DNA of 61,064 bases, filler included, from Sphacelaria rigidula (GCA_964200075.2; 10 parts of 10 records of this genome joined end to end with filler, not necessarily neighbours in it), one strand, 5' to 3'; counted from the first letter of the whole stretch, positions 23,567-35,691 are shown. Notes: a model not told the origin generated them from the letters alone. Numbers and translations are program-made.

Positions 23567-24011
23567 GGCCGCTCCTTACTGGAAAAAAAAAAAAGTCATG
23601 TCAAAATGCTTTTCTGGTCCTTATTCGTCGTTATACCCCCCAAAAGAGAGCTGGGTGGAGCTTGAAACCTTGAAATGACTTGCTCGACTCGATGAGATGG
23701 TTCCAGGACATCTCCAAGTCTTTCGGTGGCTCCCCTTTCCTTTGGCCAATCTTGCATTCTTGCCCAAAAACGATTAAAACCAGTCAAATCTAAAAAAACT
23801 GAAAAAAAATGGACTTTACCGTCTCTAGAAAATTTTGCGTGTTTGGCCAAGACAGAAACTGCGGTCAAGATGACGAGGAACCGTCTCAACTAGTAGAGCA
23901 AGTCATTCCAAGGTGTCAAAATCCGCCCAGCTCTGTTTTGGGGCGTGAAACGACGAAGAGGGACCAAAACAGCCTCTTTACAGGACTTCTTCTTTGCCGT
24001 AGGGACACGTC
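23567..24011. mobile_element. Long-TIR Harbinger-like MITE, related to 59092-59543
   Basis: Inverted arms containing CCTTGAAATGACTTGCTC / GAGCAAGTCATTCCAAGG, shared with 59092-59543; begins after TTA. Confidence 0.7.
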
Positions 24012-24468
24012 TAGCATATAAACTTCCCATCGACCAGGTGCGGTGGAAAAAGAAAACTTCCATCTTATAGGTCATGATTTGAAACTATCGTTGTTAATTT
24101 TGAAGATGATTGAAATCACGACTTATCAGATCGGAAAAAAAAAATGAAATCCGTGAAACGGTCCATGGTCACTTGTGTACAGTACAGTCTGTGCTGTCTG
24201 CACTGCTTGCAAGCAGGGTGTCTTGAGTGTGTGTGTGCGTGTTTCGTGCAGGAGGGTATAAAGGACAAGCGGGCAACGTGCAGTGCAGACAGCCCAGGAC
24301 TATCACTTCTCTCTGGTTACAATGCGACGTGAGGACTTCAGCAACGTGCAGCTTTGTACTACCTGCACNNNNNNNNNNNNNNNNNNNNNNNNNNNNNNNN
24401 NNNNNNNNNNNNTTAATTAATTAANNNNNNNNNNNNNNNNNNNNNNNNNNNNNNNNNNNNNNNNNNNN

Positions 24469-26205
24469 GATGAAGTTACTGAACTTTCAAGGAAAGGTAT
24501 GCTACATACGGATGATGATGGTATAGTTCTGTTAGTTCGCCGGCCCACAGCAGCCCTCCCCAGGGGGAAGCCTACAAGTCGACATGCCCGCTTGCGAGGT
24601 GATGAACCCATCCGCATCTATGTTCCGATGCTTCTGCGCCCATGGGTTCTACACGAATGCCATTCACAGGCATCGACCCATTTAGGCGCCATTAGGACCT
24701 ACCAGATGTTGGAACGTTTTTATTGGTGGATTTGTATGGATCAGTGTTGTCGTTGGTGGGTGAGGCGTTGTCTTTTGTGTCAGGCGCGGAAAACGTCTCG
24801 TCAAACAGTTCGCTGGCCGATTATTTCCATACCACTCCCAAACGGGCCTGGTGAAGTAGTTTCGTGGGACGATTTTGGTCCTTTGCCCCTAACGGATAGT
24901 GGAAAAAAATATTTTGTTGTTTGCGGATAGATTTCAGTCGACATGCCGTGATGCACGCCGTCCCCCCAGTTCTCATACCGCGGAAGGTACCGCCAACAAT
25001 TCAGTCAATGCTGCTACGGGATTGTCGCCGAATGAAATTCATACTGGACGCATGCCTAAGTTACCCTTGACGGTATTCGAACGCAGAAATACAGGCGGAT
25101 ATCAGAGTCTAGATCGTGATGTTGTAGAGTATCATTTGTCGGTTAGCAATCGCCTTCGTCTTACATATGAAGTGGTACGAGAACAAAACCAAATCAATTT
25201 GGCCAAGGTGGCCAGGGCGAACTCGATGTTGGATAATGTGGTACATAACCGCCCGGTGTGGAAGGTAGGCCAATGGGTATGGGTGTGTAAAGATGTGAAG
25301 ACCATCAATCAAGGGGCCACCTCGAAGTCATTATCTTCGGACAAAGTGTTGAAGGCGAAACTATCCCTGAATTGGACTGGTCCTTGGCAAATTTTAGCTG
25401 TTGGTCCAAGCGCTACCGCACCCGACAAGTGTCCGGCGGGAGCGAAACTTTTGTATTTAGATTTTCCCGCGGATGAACCCGGTTTGAAACCGACAAATCG
25501 CGTCTCGATGCTACGATGCAAACCGTGTTTGCCCCCTCATGACTCCTCTGACATGCCCGAACAACTGCCGCTAGGGGCCAGTATGTGTTGACCAAGTATG
25601 CGATCAAAACTCCGCCGTCTCATATGACGGTCGAGGATGCGGACGCACCCCTGGAACGCATTGAGGTAGATGGGATTTTGGGCCATCAACTGGTTCGCGG
25701 TCGTGGAGGTAAGATAGCGGTAATGTATCAAACACATTGGACGGGTATCATGCGTGTTACATGGAAGCGTGAAGTTGATTTGCGTCATTTTCGTCGGGAA
25801 ATATTGCTGTACTGGGTAGGGGATACCGTCCAACACCGACCGCTGAATAAGAGATATCGATCGATGCATAAGGGAGCTGCCGCTCGGGAACTGGCACGTG
25901 AACACTCATCGCGGTTTGTTGTGACACGCTATAGCCTTCTTTCGCAATCACAATACATGCAGTATTTCCACGGAAAACGATTGCCGAAAGGGGCGTATTT
26001 TTGGTATAAGGCCTTGGATTCACTGTGGTGGTTGGGTAAAATTCACTTGGTGGTCGATCCTGCGTCTGACCACTCCTACTCTATCCGTTTCCTCAATGAC
26101 CCGAGCCCCCTTAAGATTCGCTTGGATGATGCTTACTACACCGAGGAGCCGACCGCTCGGAGGAGATCCTGGTGCCTCCAACGATACGACCAAGGCGAAC
26201 TCTAA
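24469..26205 (+). mobile_element. Ty3/Gypsy pol 3' remnant: integrase Zn-finger, deleted core, GPY/F, chromodomain and Tudor-like domain
   Basis: HECHSQASTHLG...YWW...CLLCQARK (HHCC), DFGPLP (first catalytic D), KLSLNWTGPW (GPY/F) and EVDGILGH...YQTHWTG...TWKRE (chromo). Frameshifts near 24910 and 25580; core jumps TAEGTAN|NSVNAATG, so the second D and the E are lost. Confidence 0.88.
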
Positions 26206-26399
26206 ACAGCTCTTCTACGGAACACGGACACCGCTTGGGATGCAGTTGACTCATGATGCCGCATCCGAGTCTGCTTCCCCATTCACCTTGCGTAGTGTAC
26301 CGCGTTCGAGTCGTTTGTCTTGCACCGCAGCGTCGTTGGAAAACCATGTTTACCCCCCCCACCCTTCATTTTGTCTTCGTGGTGATTAGCCCCGTACTT

Positions 26400-26692
26400 C
26401 ACGGGTGGCCACTGGGGTCTGTAACCTGGCCATTTTGGGACCTTATCTACCTTTGGCAAGGTCCGCGGGTTGGGTAGACAACTGAGGAGTATTCGCACAG
26501 CATGGACAGGATCGAAACAAAGCATGTTCCAGTCTACAGGGGAGTCACCCGCCTATTGACTGGGACATGTATTGCTTCGATCCTGTCCATGCTGTGCGAA
26601 TGCTCTTCAGTTGTCTACCCATCCCGCGGACCTTGCCAACGGTGGATAAGGTCCCAAAATGGCCAGGTTACAGACCCCAGTGGCCACCCGTG
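26400..26692. mobile_element. 293-bp foldback (whole-length hairpin) element with hAT-like ends
   Basis: CACGGGTGGCCACTGGGGTCTGTAACCTGGCCATTTTGGGACCTTATC... pairs with ...GATAAGGTCCCAAAATGGCCAGGTTACAGACCCCAGTGGCCACCCGTG over ~140 bp. Related end at 48714. Confidence 0.85.
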
Positions 26693-29600
26693 TTGTAGTG
26701 GTTGATATTGTGTTCTGTATTTGGTATTTCGTCTTTTTTTCCTGCATTTCGTACTTTTTCTTCTGCCGTGTTTCTTTTTTTGTTGCTTCGGACCCTGTTT
26801 TGTGTTTTGGTTTTCTTTGCCTTTGCGTCGTTTTGTTTTGATTTGCTTTTGCCTTTTGTTTTTTGTTTTTCTTCCCTTCTTCTCTTCTCTTTCCGCCTCG
26901 TGCTTTGAGTTCGTTTTTTTCGTGTTCAATGGGTAATTTTCTTGGTTATTTCTGGATTCATCTGGCAAAGTACAAGTGACGACCGTTCCATTCCTGATCC
27001 CGAGTCTGGAACTTTGAACCTCCGTCCTCCGCCTACATACATTCACAACCATTCCGTCTACTGGAACAATTGCCACGAGTTATTTATTTCTTCCTTTTTT
27101 TCGTTGTACGCACTTTTGGTCTTCCCTTGTTTAATAGATGGTCTTTATTTTTTAGTTTGCTTCTGAGGGGAGTTTCCGGAGCGAGCGCTAGCCATACCTG
27201 ACGCCCCACGTGTGGAATATTTGCGCTCTTGTTCGGTCACTCCGTACGCGAAGGCCGCCTCTCTCTTCGGAATCGGTCGTGATGTAGTTTTGTTTTGTGT
27301 GCGTACCACGTTGAGTTTATATTAACATGAGGGATAGTAAGCGAAGCCGAGTGCCTGAATTGTCTTGATCTTCTTGGCTAGAAATTTTGACCCTACTTGC
27401 TTCGCACACACGACAACCGCTCCCGTTTACAAGGACGGTTGCCACGTGTTGTTTTTCTGCTCCATGTTGCTGATATTTCGTTTTCGCTGTTGCCCAGCGT
27501 GCCCCTGGTTTTGTACTTTTTTTGTTTTGGTTTTTGCGTCTATGTCGGGAATTTCGCCATGAGTGTTCCAACGTTCTTGACCCTCGAGTCTAGAACACTT
27601 GGCCTACTTTTTTTGCGAATCCTTCCGCGTGTGACCGACCTCGTTTATAGGAGGGTCACGGGTGATGCAACGCGATTATTTATACTCAGTGATTGGTAAG
27701 TTACAACGAAGTCACCACTGGCCGCGTCGTACATAACGGTGTTGAGAATTGTCATGAAGTCGCGGTATGATCGGGTACAAACGTCTCCTCATACAGGACC
27801 ATTACGTATCATGATAAGGTAGATTGCTCTTCCGGAGCTGTCCGTTCCGTCATGTCGATATTCGACCGTTGGTACAGCCTACAGGCGCAGAGTCCGCCAC
27901 TCGCGATTTTTTCTGTCACTTTTATCAGCTTTTTGCGTACAATTACCCGCCCCTAAAATCGGTCGGTGGTGTATTGTTTTTGATCAGGGAGTACTGGACG
28001 AAGTCACGTGACGGTACGACCGGCTGTGGTTTGTACTCCAGTTTGTGTTCGGGCCAGTCTCGTTTTAGTCCGAACGGGCAAATCCTGTGAGGAGTGGGCT
28101 GCGTTGGTCCTCTCTGTCCTGTGTATTTGTCGTGGTTCAGAAATGTGTTGGGCGATCCGCCTCGGAACTACGTAGTAGGCCCGAAGGTTGTGTATTGTCC
28201 ACTACGTTTCTTTTAACGTGTACGGACACCTGACCTCACAAACCGGTTGGTTGTTTTCGTATCATCGTGTGAGAAAAAAAAGAAGATGCTATACGACTGG
28301 ATTATCAACCAGACGTCCCAAGCAAGTCGTTGCTCTCACAAACATGTACCGACAAGCCACTCACATCAAATGGGTTGATTTTTCCGTATCATGCATTTCT
28401 TTTTTCCCAACGTATGCTTTTCGCGGGAAACTACTTTTTTTGGCGACGAAATCGGCTGTACGTGGCTGGCTTTTGTTGATTGACTGGGACGAGCGATTAG
28501 CATGAACTTGGTTATCGGAGTGGTATAATGCCTTGGCGGGCTTGCTTGTTTTTCTACCAAATGACCTAAAATAAATCGGACATCCGGGAAAGAGTGAATT
28601 ATTTATTCATGATATAGTTATGGCAGGGTAGGATAATCGTTTCAATGATAGGTCTCTGATTTCCTGTGGCTATCCCGGAAATGCTCACGGCATTCTGAAG
28701 ACACTGCATTTCGTGGTATATGGTTTTGATAATTGATTTTGGATTGTTTTCTTTTTATTTCCCATGACTCCGTCTGAAAGGCTCACGGAACATGAGGACA
28801 CTGAATTATTGCATCAGTTCGATTTTTTTCTCTTTGTTCTTTGCTTGTGTTTTTCTTTTACAGATGTTTTTGGTGTTGATCGCCCCTTCCCGTTCCCGTA
28901 CCAACGGAGACTCGATCTTTAACATGAGTCTCAGTTTTCTGTGGTGTGGGAGAGGTGTGGCTCGATGGAAGTTCGTCCCTTCTAAAAAGGAACTGCACTT
29001 GAACGATCCAGGGTGGGCTAATGTGATGGTAAATGACTGAGTGCCTGAATTAAACTAGTTCTTTGAGATTTGCAGATGGTTCCCAGAAACGACCGACGGG
29101 TATGAACAGATTCTAGTCGAATGTGTGCTTGTGTAACGTCAGGGCCAATACAGCCCAATCGGCGTCGTTGCGCCTGCAGGCTGTAGTCGGATTGATTATA
29201 TCGGATTTGCCATATGGGGCACGCGCCTGCCATAACAGGTAGATAAAAGACACGCGCCACAACGAGTTGGTATTATGGCCATTGCATGCGTAGCTAGGAG
29301 GTTTTGAGGGTGAGGGCGAACAGCGCCCACCATCGCCTACGAGTTCACTTGCTATCCACTGGTCAAAGAGAGGCTTACCGTAGAACAAATCACAAGAAGG
29401 ATCCCCAGCTTTTGATCTGCTCTGCACGGAGTCTAACTCTCTGGCCAGCAAGCCGTTTCTCAAGAAGTGAGTGACGTGTACTATAATCCCTTCGCGTCTT
29501 TTGGGTTTTTTTTTTCTGAAAGAGCTCGGTGCTTACTTTCAATAACAGCTGTCTGCTGTTAACGAGTGCCGTGTGCGAGAGAACCCTCCTGCTTGAGTTA

Positions 29601-29924
29601 ACGAGCCGAACACAGGACCAGCGGGCCACATTTTCATCTACCTTGGGGTGTGGCTTGCTCTGCTGGTGGATACCACGGCAAAGACGCTTACATTATTACG
29701 AAGAAAATGACAGTAGAATAGGGTCTTGCACCTGACAGTGATACAAGTACAGACAGTACTTGTAGTATGAGCTGGGCCAGCGTAAAAGCGGATTTGAAGT
29801 TTGCAGATCCGTTTGCAATGTAATACTTGAGGTTTGACTACGAAATTTGATATGAACAATTGATGGGGTATAATAAAAACAATCATGCATGAATCATATC
29901 TTTTTTAATGGCTTGATCCATTTT

Positions 29925-30172
29925 GTACTGGTGATAGGAAAGTGCTGATTTCGAGGTGCTGTGTAAAAACAACATATGGCTGATTGTTTGCAGTTTCCAA
30001 TGACCACAACCTTGTCCAAGGCGTGTTTCTCAGACCCGCGACGGCTTGAAACTGGCAGTGAATCGCGTAAATATTGTATCGACCTCAATTCGTTCACGTC
30101 TGGTGAGGGGATTCCTATGTGCGCGACCGCGCTACTTTGTTTTTGTGACGTGGCTTAGCACGCTTGCCAAGT
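29925..30172. repeat. Interspersed repeat family E copy
   Basis: Colinear with 11355-11603. Confidence 0.75.
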
Positions 30173-31096
30173 AACAGCTGATTTGAAATTCTGGGGTTCA
30201 ACACTAAAATGGGATTGAAGTCGCATTTCTCTATTGCAGGGAAGATACAAAAGAGTAACACAGAGCGAAAGTATCTTCCTCCTCAAAACTACGCAGGAGA
30301 AGTTAAACGTCAGACCGTGAGAGTAGGTCACGCGCTGAATCGGCATCGATACTTACTTGAAAAAAGTACACGTGGCCCAGATGGACTACCGGCACCGTGG
30401 TCCAAGGATTAAGCAACTCTGTCTAGGTGCACCCAACGAATGCGGCGTACACGCGTGTCGATAACGATACCACCAGAGAGAGAANNNNNNNNNNNNNNNN
30501 NNNNNNNNNNNNNNNNNNNNNNNNNNNNTTAATTAATTAANNNNNNNNNNNNNNNNNNNNNNNNNNNNNNNNNNNNNNNNNNNNGTGCTGTTGTCAATGT
30601 TGTTGGCCGAGTCGGCGACAATGGTATCGATTGCGGGATTGTCGTAGGTTGTATTGAAGATGATGTCGACTGCGGCGGCTGTGGTGTCATCGGCGATGGT
30701 AAAGTGCTGGAAAGGTAGGAGGTGGTCTTGGGTGGTGCAATCGCGGGACTGTTGGAGCGGGAATAGAATGTGTAGCGGCGGTAGTAGGTGGTAACCACGG
30801 TGATGCGGTAAGGGGAAAGGTGACGGTAGTGTCGGTATGTCGGCGGCATTGACGGCGCGATGAATGTTGCTTCCCCCCCCCCCCGCCGTCGAGCGACGCC
30901 GCTGTGGGAAATGGCTGACGAGGCACCGTCCCCGGGACGCTGTTGGTGATGTCTACTTCTCGTTGTGGTTGGCCGTCCGTGGAGAGTCGTCGGTTGGGTG
31001 CCAGTGCCATGCTCCTTCTCTTCCCCTCACTCAAATCCTCAACACTTGGAAACCGAGTACAAGAATATTCGCGGAAATAATGGTCGACACTCAAAG

Positions 31097-31432
31097 GCTG
31101 TGGAGTAAAAGTGGAATTCGGGGGAAATTTACTGACACTAGTTCGCTGTGGAATTGAATCCGAAGCCAGCGGAAACTCACCGACACTTGCTCGCTGTGGA
31201 GTGGAAGCAGTATCAGAGGGAATCTTACTGACACTAACTAGCTGTGGAGCAGAGGCAAAATCGAGGGGAATCTTACTGACACTAACTCGCTGTGGAACAG
31301 AAGCAGAATCTGGAGGAATCTCACTGGCACTATTTCACTGTGGACCAGAAGCAGAATCTGGGGGCATCTTCCTGACACTAACTCGCTATGGAGCAGAGGC
31401 ACAACCTGGGGGAATTTTACTGACACTCACTC
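31097..31432. repeat. 48-bp tandem repeat x7, probably an ex-coding 16-aa repeat on the minus strand
   Basis: GCTGTGGA-like starts at 31097, 31145, 31193, 31241, 31289, 31337 and 31385. Minus frame reads (VSVSKIPPDSASAPQR)-like units, two with stops, leading into ORF 30687-31094. Confidence 0.85.
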
Positions 31433-31883
31433 CCTGATGCGGGGGTATTCGTCCACACAACTCAAATGTTCGTGAACGTTGATCAACAGCCTGGTTCAGT
31501 CTGTGCACAGAACAGTAGTGTATAACGCTTTGATTATCCCTGGTCGAACCCTTCGTATCTCAACCAATCTCACCCCCTCACACAATAACCCACGCTTAAT
31601 CTCTCAATCAGTCACTCACATACACTCACTACACACACTTACGCAAACCCCCAGAGCGAGGTACCTTGATAGCGGCATCAAACCAGACTTAACGATGGGG
31701 GGTGAGAGGCAGCTCGGTTGTCTGTGGGGCAAGTTTATTGTATTCGGGTAACTTACGTCATCAGACACTATTCCTCTGATTGTCCATGGCAATCCTCCGC
31801 AGTCCCAACATGGTTGATGCTACTTGTACTGCACGATATCTTACATCATTTTCGATCATGACTGAGGGTGAGCATATTCGATC

Positions 31884-32045
31884 AACCTTCTAACGGTTGG
31901 GTTGTGGGCTTAAATCTCGGAGCGATCTGAGATTGTTTTCTCACACCATGCCCAACAGTGGAGAGCGACTATGTCGTGGGTACACAAAATTCGACTCAAT
32001 GGCCGACGACGGAAAGGGGCTGCTGAACCCCTCTCGCGATAAAAC
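31884..32045 (+). mobile_element. SINE family A fragment
   Basis: TCTCACACCATGCCCAACAGTGGAGAGCGACTATGTCGTGGGTACACAAAATTCGAC shared with the other A copies. Confidence 0.8.
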
Positions 32046-32180
32046 TAAAGGGAAATATACAAAATAAAAGGGTACACCCTGGTACGTATGGAACAAAAAA
32101 GGGTAACAAATTTTTCGCTTTGGGGCGCGGCGCTGCACGCGGCCTGAACACCTCGAGCACACGTTCCAGCGCCTCAGCCC

Positions 32181-35100
32181 TGTGATGAAATTACGCCGTT
32201 ACGTCGAGTTGGTAGTGGTGATCTGGATAGTGACCGTAAGTCGTGATGATTTGGATAATGACCGGGGACACTAGGTTGATACTGTGGCCTGTCTAGGAGG
32301 GTGCCTTGGGACGGCACCCCTGGTAATAGGAGATGTTGTAAAGGCTGACGACTGAAACTGTGGCCAGTGAGACTGGGGAGTCCCTCAACAGCAGTGATCC
32401 ACCAGTCCTCCTTCTGGCTGGCGTCACAATATCGATAATAGTGCTAGTGCTAGGGCTAGAAATAGCACCTAGCAAAACCCGCCGGAGAGGATTTCGGGGG
32501 AGGAGTTTGGCAGCTGTGAAAAACCTGAAAACCACGGAGTCGTGGAGAGGGTTCCGGGTGAGACAGCTGCAGAAAGGCGGCTGGCATGTGAGTCATCCTA
32601 CGATAGGGGGGGGGGGGTATTTTGGGCCATTTGTTGCTCGAAATTTTGANNNNNNNNNNAATGCAAGTGTGGAAGCATGTCTGACACACGTATGAGCCTC
32701 TATTTTCGTGCAACCAAATACCCCCCCCTCCTATCGTAGGATGACTCATGTGATTGATCCAGACTGGAGACTTGCTGAAGCTGCGTGCAGCTGGAGTTTG
32801 GAGGCCCCTACGACTATGTGGTGCGGCGACGAAGCAAGGAAGTGTGCACTGCGTCTTCTTTCGGGTGTGCCGCTGCGCAAGCTGTTTTCGCTCGGGGCGC
32901 GGCAGGCCGTGACCGAATCCGGTCAGCATGTATACGTCATAGAGCGTACTGTTCCGCTGCAGCTGACTTTCACGACTTCCTGGGGGCCAGCGTAGTTGCC
33001 TCCGATCTCGTTTGCGTTCAAGCCGGGGTCGGATAACGTCATTCTTCTGGGGTTGCCGACGCTTCAGGATCTTGGAGTCGACGCTCGGCGGGTGTGGGAC
33101 TCCATGAAGACGCGGATGTCTCCGCCTCGTCCACGCTTGGACACGCCCGTCTTCTTGGGCGGTCGCCGCGTTAGTTTGTCGGTGGATGCTTTTCAGGAGG
33201 CTGGAGGGCAGGTGACCGAGGAGCGGGATGCGGGGTGGGACGCTCGGTAGAGGGCGGCCCGGAGATGTTAATGATTCCGGCGGAAGAGGGGTCCGCTCGG
33301 AAGGTTGCGCCGGAGGAGAGCGTGACGGATGCTGGGGCGACAGGCCTCAGCGCCTCAAAAGCGGAGCGCCTGCGCGGTATATTGCATGCCGCGTCAACGC
33401 GTTTCGTCGTGCGCTGCAGGGTGATCGCCCTGCGCGCGGAAAGCCCATGCGTGTTGAGCTAAAACCTGGGGCGTCCGCGGCAAGGGCGAAGCCTCGGTGG
33501 TACGATCCAGTGAAGTTGATTTGGTTGGCGTTATGCATAGCGGCTCTTTTGGCGCCCGGGTTGGTGATACGGAATATGCAGGTGGAATGATCTAGTCCAG
33601 ATATGGCGTTAACGAAGATGGCTGCATCGTGGGCGGAGGGCAGGCTGCAGGCGTGGGCGGCAGCGAAGGATCTGGTGGCTCATGCCGTGACGCTGTTCCA
33701 TCCTCGTCCTGACTGTCAGGTGTTTATGTTTCCGGATGCATCTGAGTGTCATTGGGGTAGTTTGGTCATGCAGGTGCCTACAGTTGAAATTCAAATGCCT
33801 GTGCACGCTATCGCTGTGTATGGTCCGTGTGAACCTGATAACTCGATGCCGTCCAAATATGTTGTCCGCCAAGCGCAACAAAAAGACCTTGGGGCCGAAG
33901 ATGCGGATGTGCAATCTTTCGAGTCGGACGTTGGTACTACTATCTTGGACAGTGAAGGTCTGTTTCGTGTGCATATGCGTGGCCGAAGCGTTTTGTGGGT
34001 TCCAAGCTCTGACAAGCAGTTGCAGGTATGTCTGATGATTTGCGCGCACATGCACGACGTCGGGCATCGTGGTGTGGCTGCGACACTCGTGCGCTTGCAA
34101 GAGTTTGTGTCTGGCAGGGGATAGAAGCTCATGTGCGCGAATTTGTCCACCAGCGTCTTCACTGTGCTGACTCGAGGGTGGGCGATGTTGTTCCCCGCCC
34201 GCTCATCGAAACGGTCCATGGGGCTGTGCCGAATGAAGTCGTTCACTTTGACTTCTTATACGTGGGCGAGAGTGGCCCGCTAGCTTCCCAAGGTTTGTCG
34301 GATGATGCTGGATTTCAATACATTTTGGTAATCATGGGTTATTTGAACAACTTCGTGTCTCTGGAACCAGTAGCAGTGTGTACTGCTGAATCGACCACTG
34401 CATCTTTGCTGAATTGGTGCAAAACTCTGGGGGTGCCGCGTGTGTGGGTGAGTTATACTGCCACGCATTTCAAGAATGCGATATTGGCCCGATTACAAGA
34501 GGCTTTGCACCTGTATCACCAGTTTACGGTCTCGTATTCTCCGTGGTTTAATGGTACGTGCGAACACATGGTCGAGGAAGTAGTTCGTGCTCTTCGCTCT
34601 ATTCTTATCGAGCAGCGTAGAGCAGTTTCCGAGTGAGTGGACGTGTTGCCGGCGGTGTAAGGCACTCAATACAGCGTATCGTCGTCGGTACGATAGTACG
34701 CCGTATCACGTGATGTTTGGTCGTGCTCCTCGGATGTTTTTCTCGATGCTGGCCTCTTCGTCGGCGGGGGAATGGAAATGTGATGTTTTGGACGATGTTT
34801 AAATTACGCGTGCACTGCGAGCAGTCTTTGACTTGCAAGAACGTTCCCATGTTCAAGTGCAGGAACATGTTGCCGCTGGACGTGCGCGTAGACGTGAGGG
34901 GTCCTCGTCGGGGTTGAAATGCCGAATTTTGAGGTAGGCGACCATGTCTTGTTACACGCGTGCGGCGTCCGGGTGTTACGCCCAAGCTGATGGCGACGTA
35001 GACTTGTCCATGGAGAGTGGTTGGTGCTCACCACCCGCACGTGTTTGAGATTCAGAACAGTTTTTCGGGTCGTGTTCAGACCGCCCATGTAGCTCGTTTG

Positions 35101-35691
35101 CGTTTTTATGCAGACTCACAGCTTAATGTTACGGCTGACCTTGACAACGTGTTCCAGTATGCTTTCAATCAGGAGCAATTTTAGATGGCTGGTATTGCCC
35201 GAGTTGCAGAAGTAGATGATCGTTCGTTGATCGTGTTGGTCGACTGGGTTGTTTTCGAAGGTGAGGAGCGTACGTGGGAGCCTTTCAAGGATTTGTTTGA
35301 GGCCGCTCCGGAATTTCTTGCGAAGGAGTTGCGTAAATTGCGCGTTATTCGTGCCGTTGCTGCTCGCATTACGAGTGAGTTTGGTATTCAGTTGTGACCT
35401 ACTCATCGTTTTGGCGTTCTCTATGTGTCAAGCTTGTTGATTGATTTTCGTCCAACGCGCTTTCGGGGTGCTGTGACGAAATTACGCCGTTACGTTGAGT
35501 TGGTCGTGATGATCTGGATAATGACCGTGGACACTAGGTTGATGCCGTGGCGTGTCTAGTAGGGTGCCTTGGAACGGCACTCCTGATAATATGAGATGTT
35601 GTGAAGGCTGACAACTGAAACCGAGGCCAGTGAGACTGGGGAGTCCCTCAACAGCAGTGATCCACCAGTTCTCCTTCTGGCTGGCGTCACA
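32181..35691 (+). mobile_element. Internally deleted chromodomain-bearing Ty3/Gypsy LTR retrotransposon with both LTRs
   Basis: LTRs 32181-32428 and 35472-35691 (TGTGA...CGTCACA); 4-bp TSD GCCC. Remnants of protease (ILLGLPTLQDLGV), RT N-terminus (MRVELKPGA..AKPRWY), RNase H (MFPDASECHWG), integrase (CAHMHDVGHRG, HFDFLY, SPWFNGTCE) and chromodomain (LVDWVVFEGEERTWEP), with stops and frameshifts. Confidence 0.93.
32591..32746. mobile_element. Small TIR element, AGT...ACT ends, 6-bp TSD (Polinton/Maverick-like signature)
   Basis: CATGTG|AGTCATCCTACGATAGG...CCTATCGTAGGATGACT|CATGTG. A paralogous empty site, GGCTGG-CCCGTG-ATTGATCC, lies at ~46710-46730. Contains an N gap, so the true length is unknown. 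Confidence 0.85.

Noticed and set aside
26702..27166. Phe/Cys-rich or Lys-rich ORFs
   Set aside because: T-rich low-complexity sequence in the retroelement 3' non-coding region.
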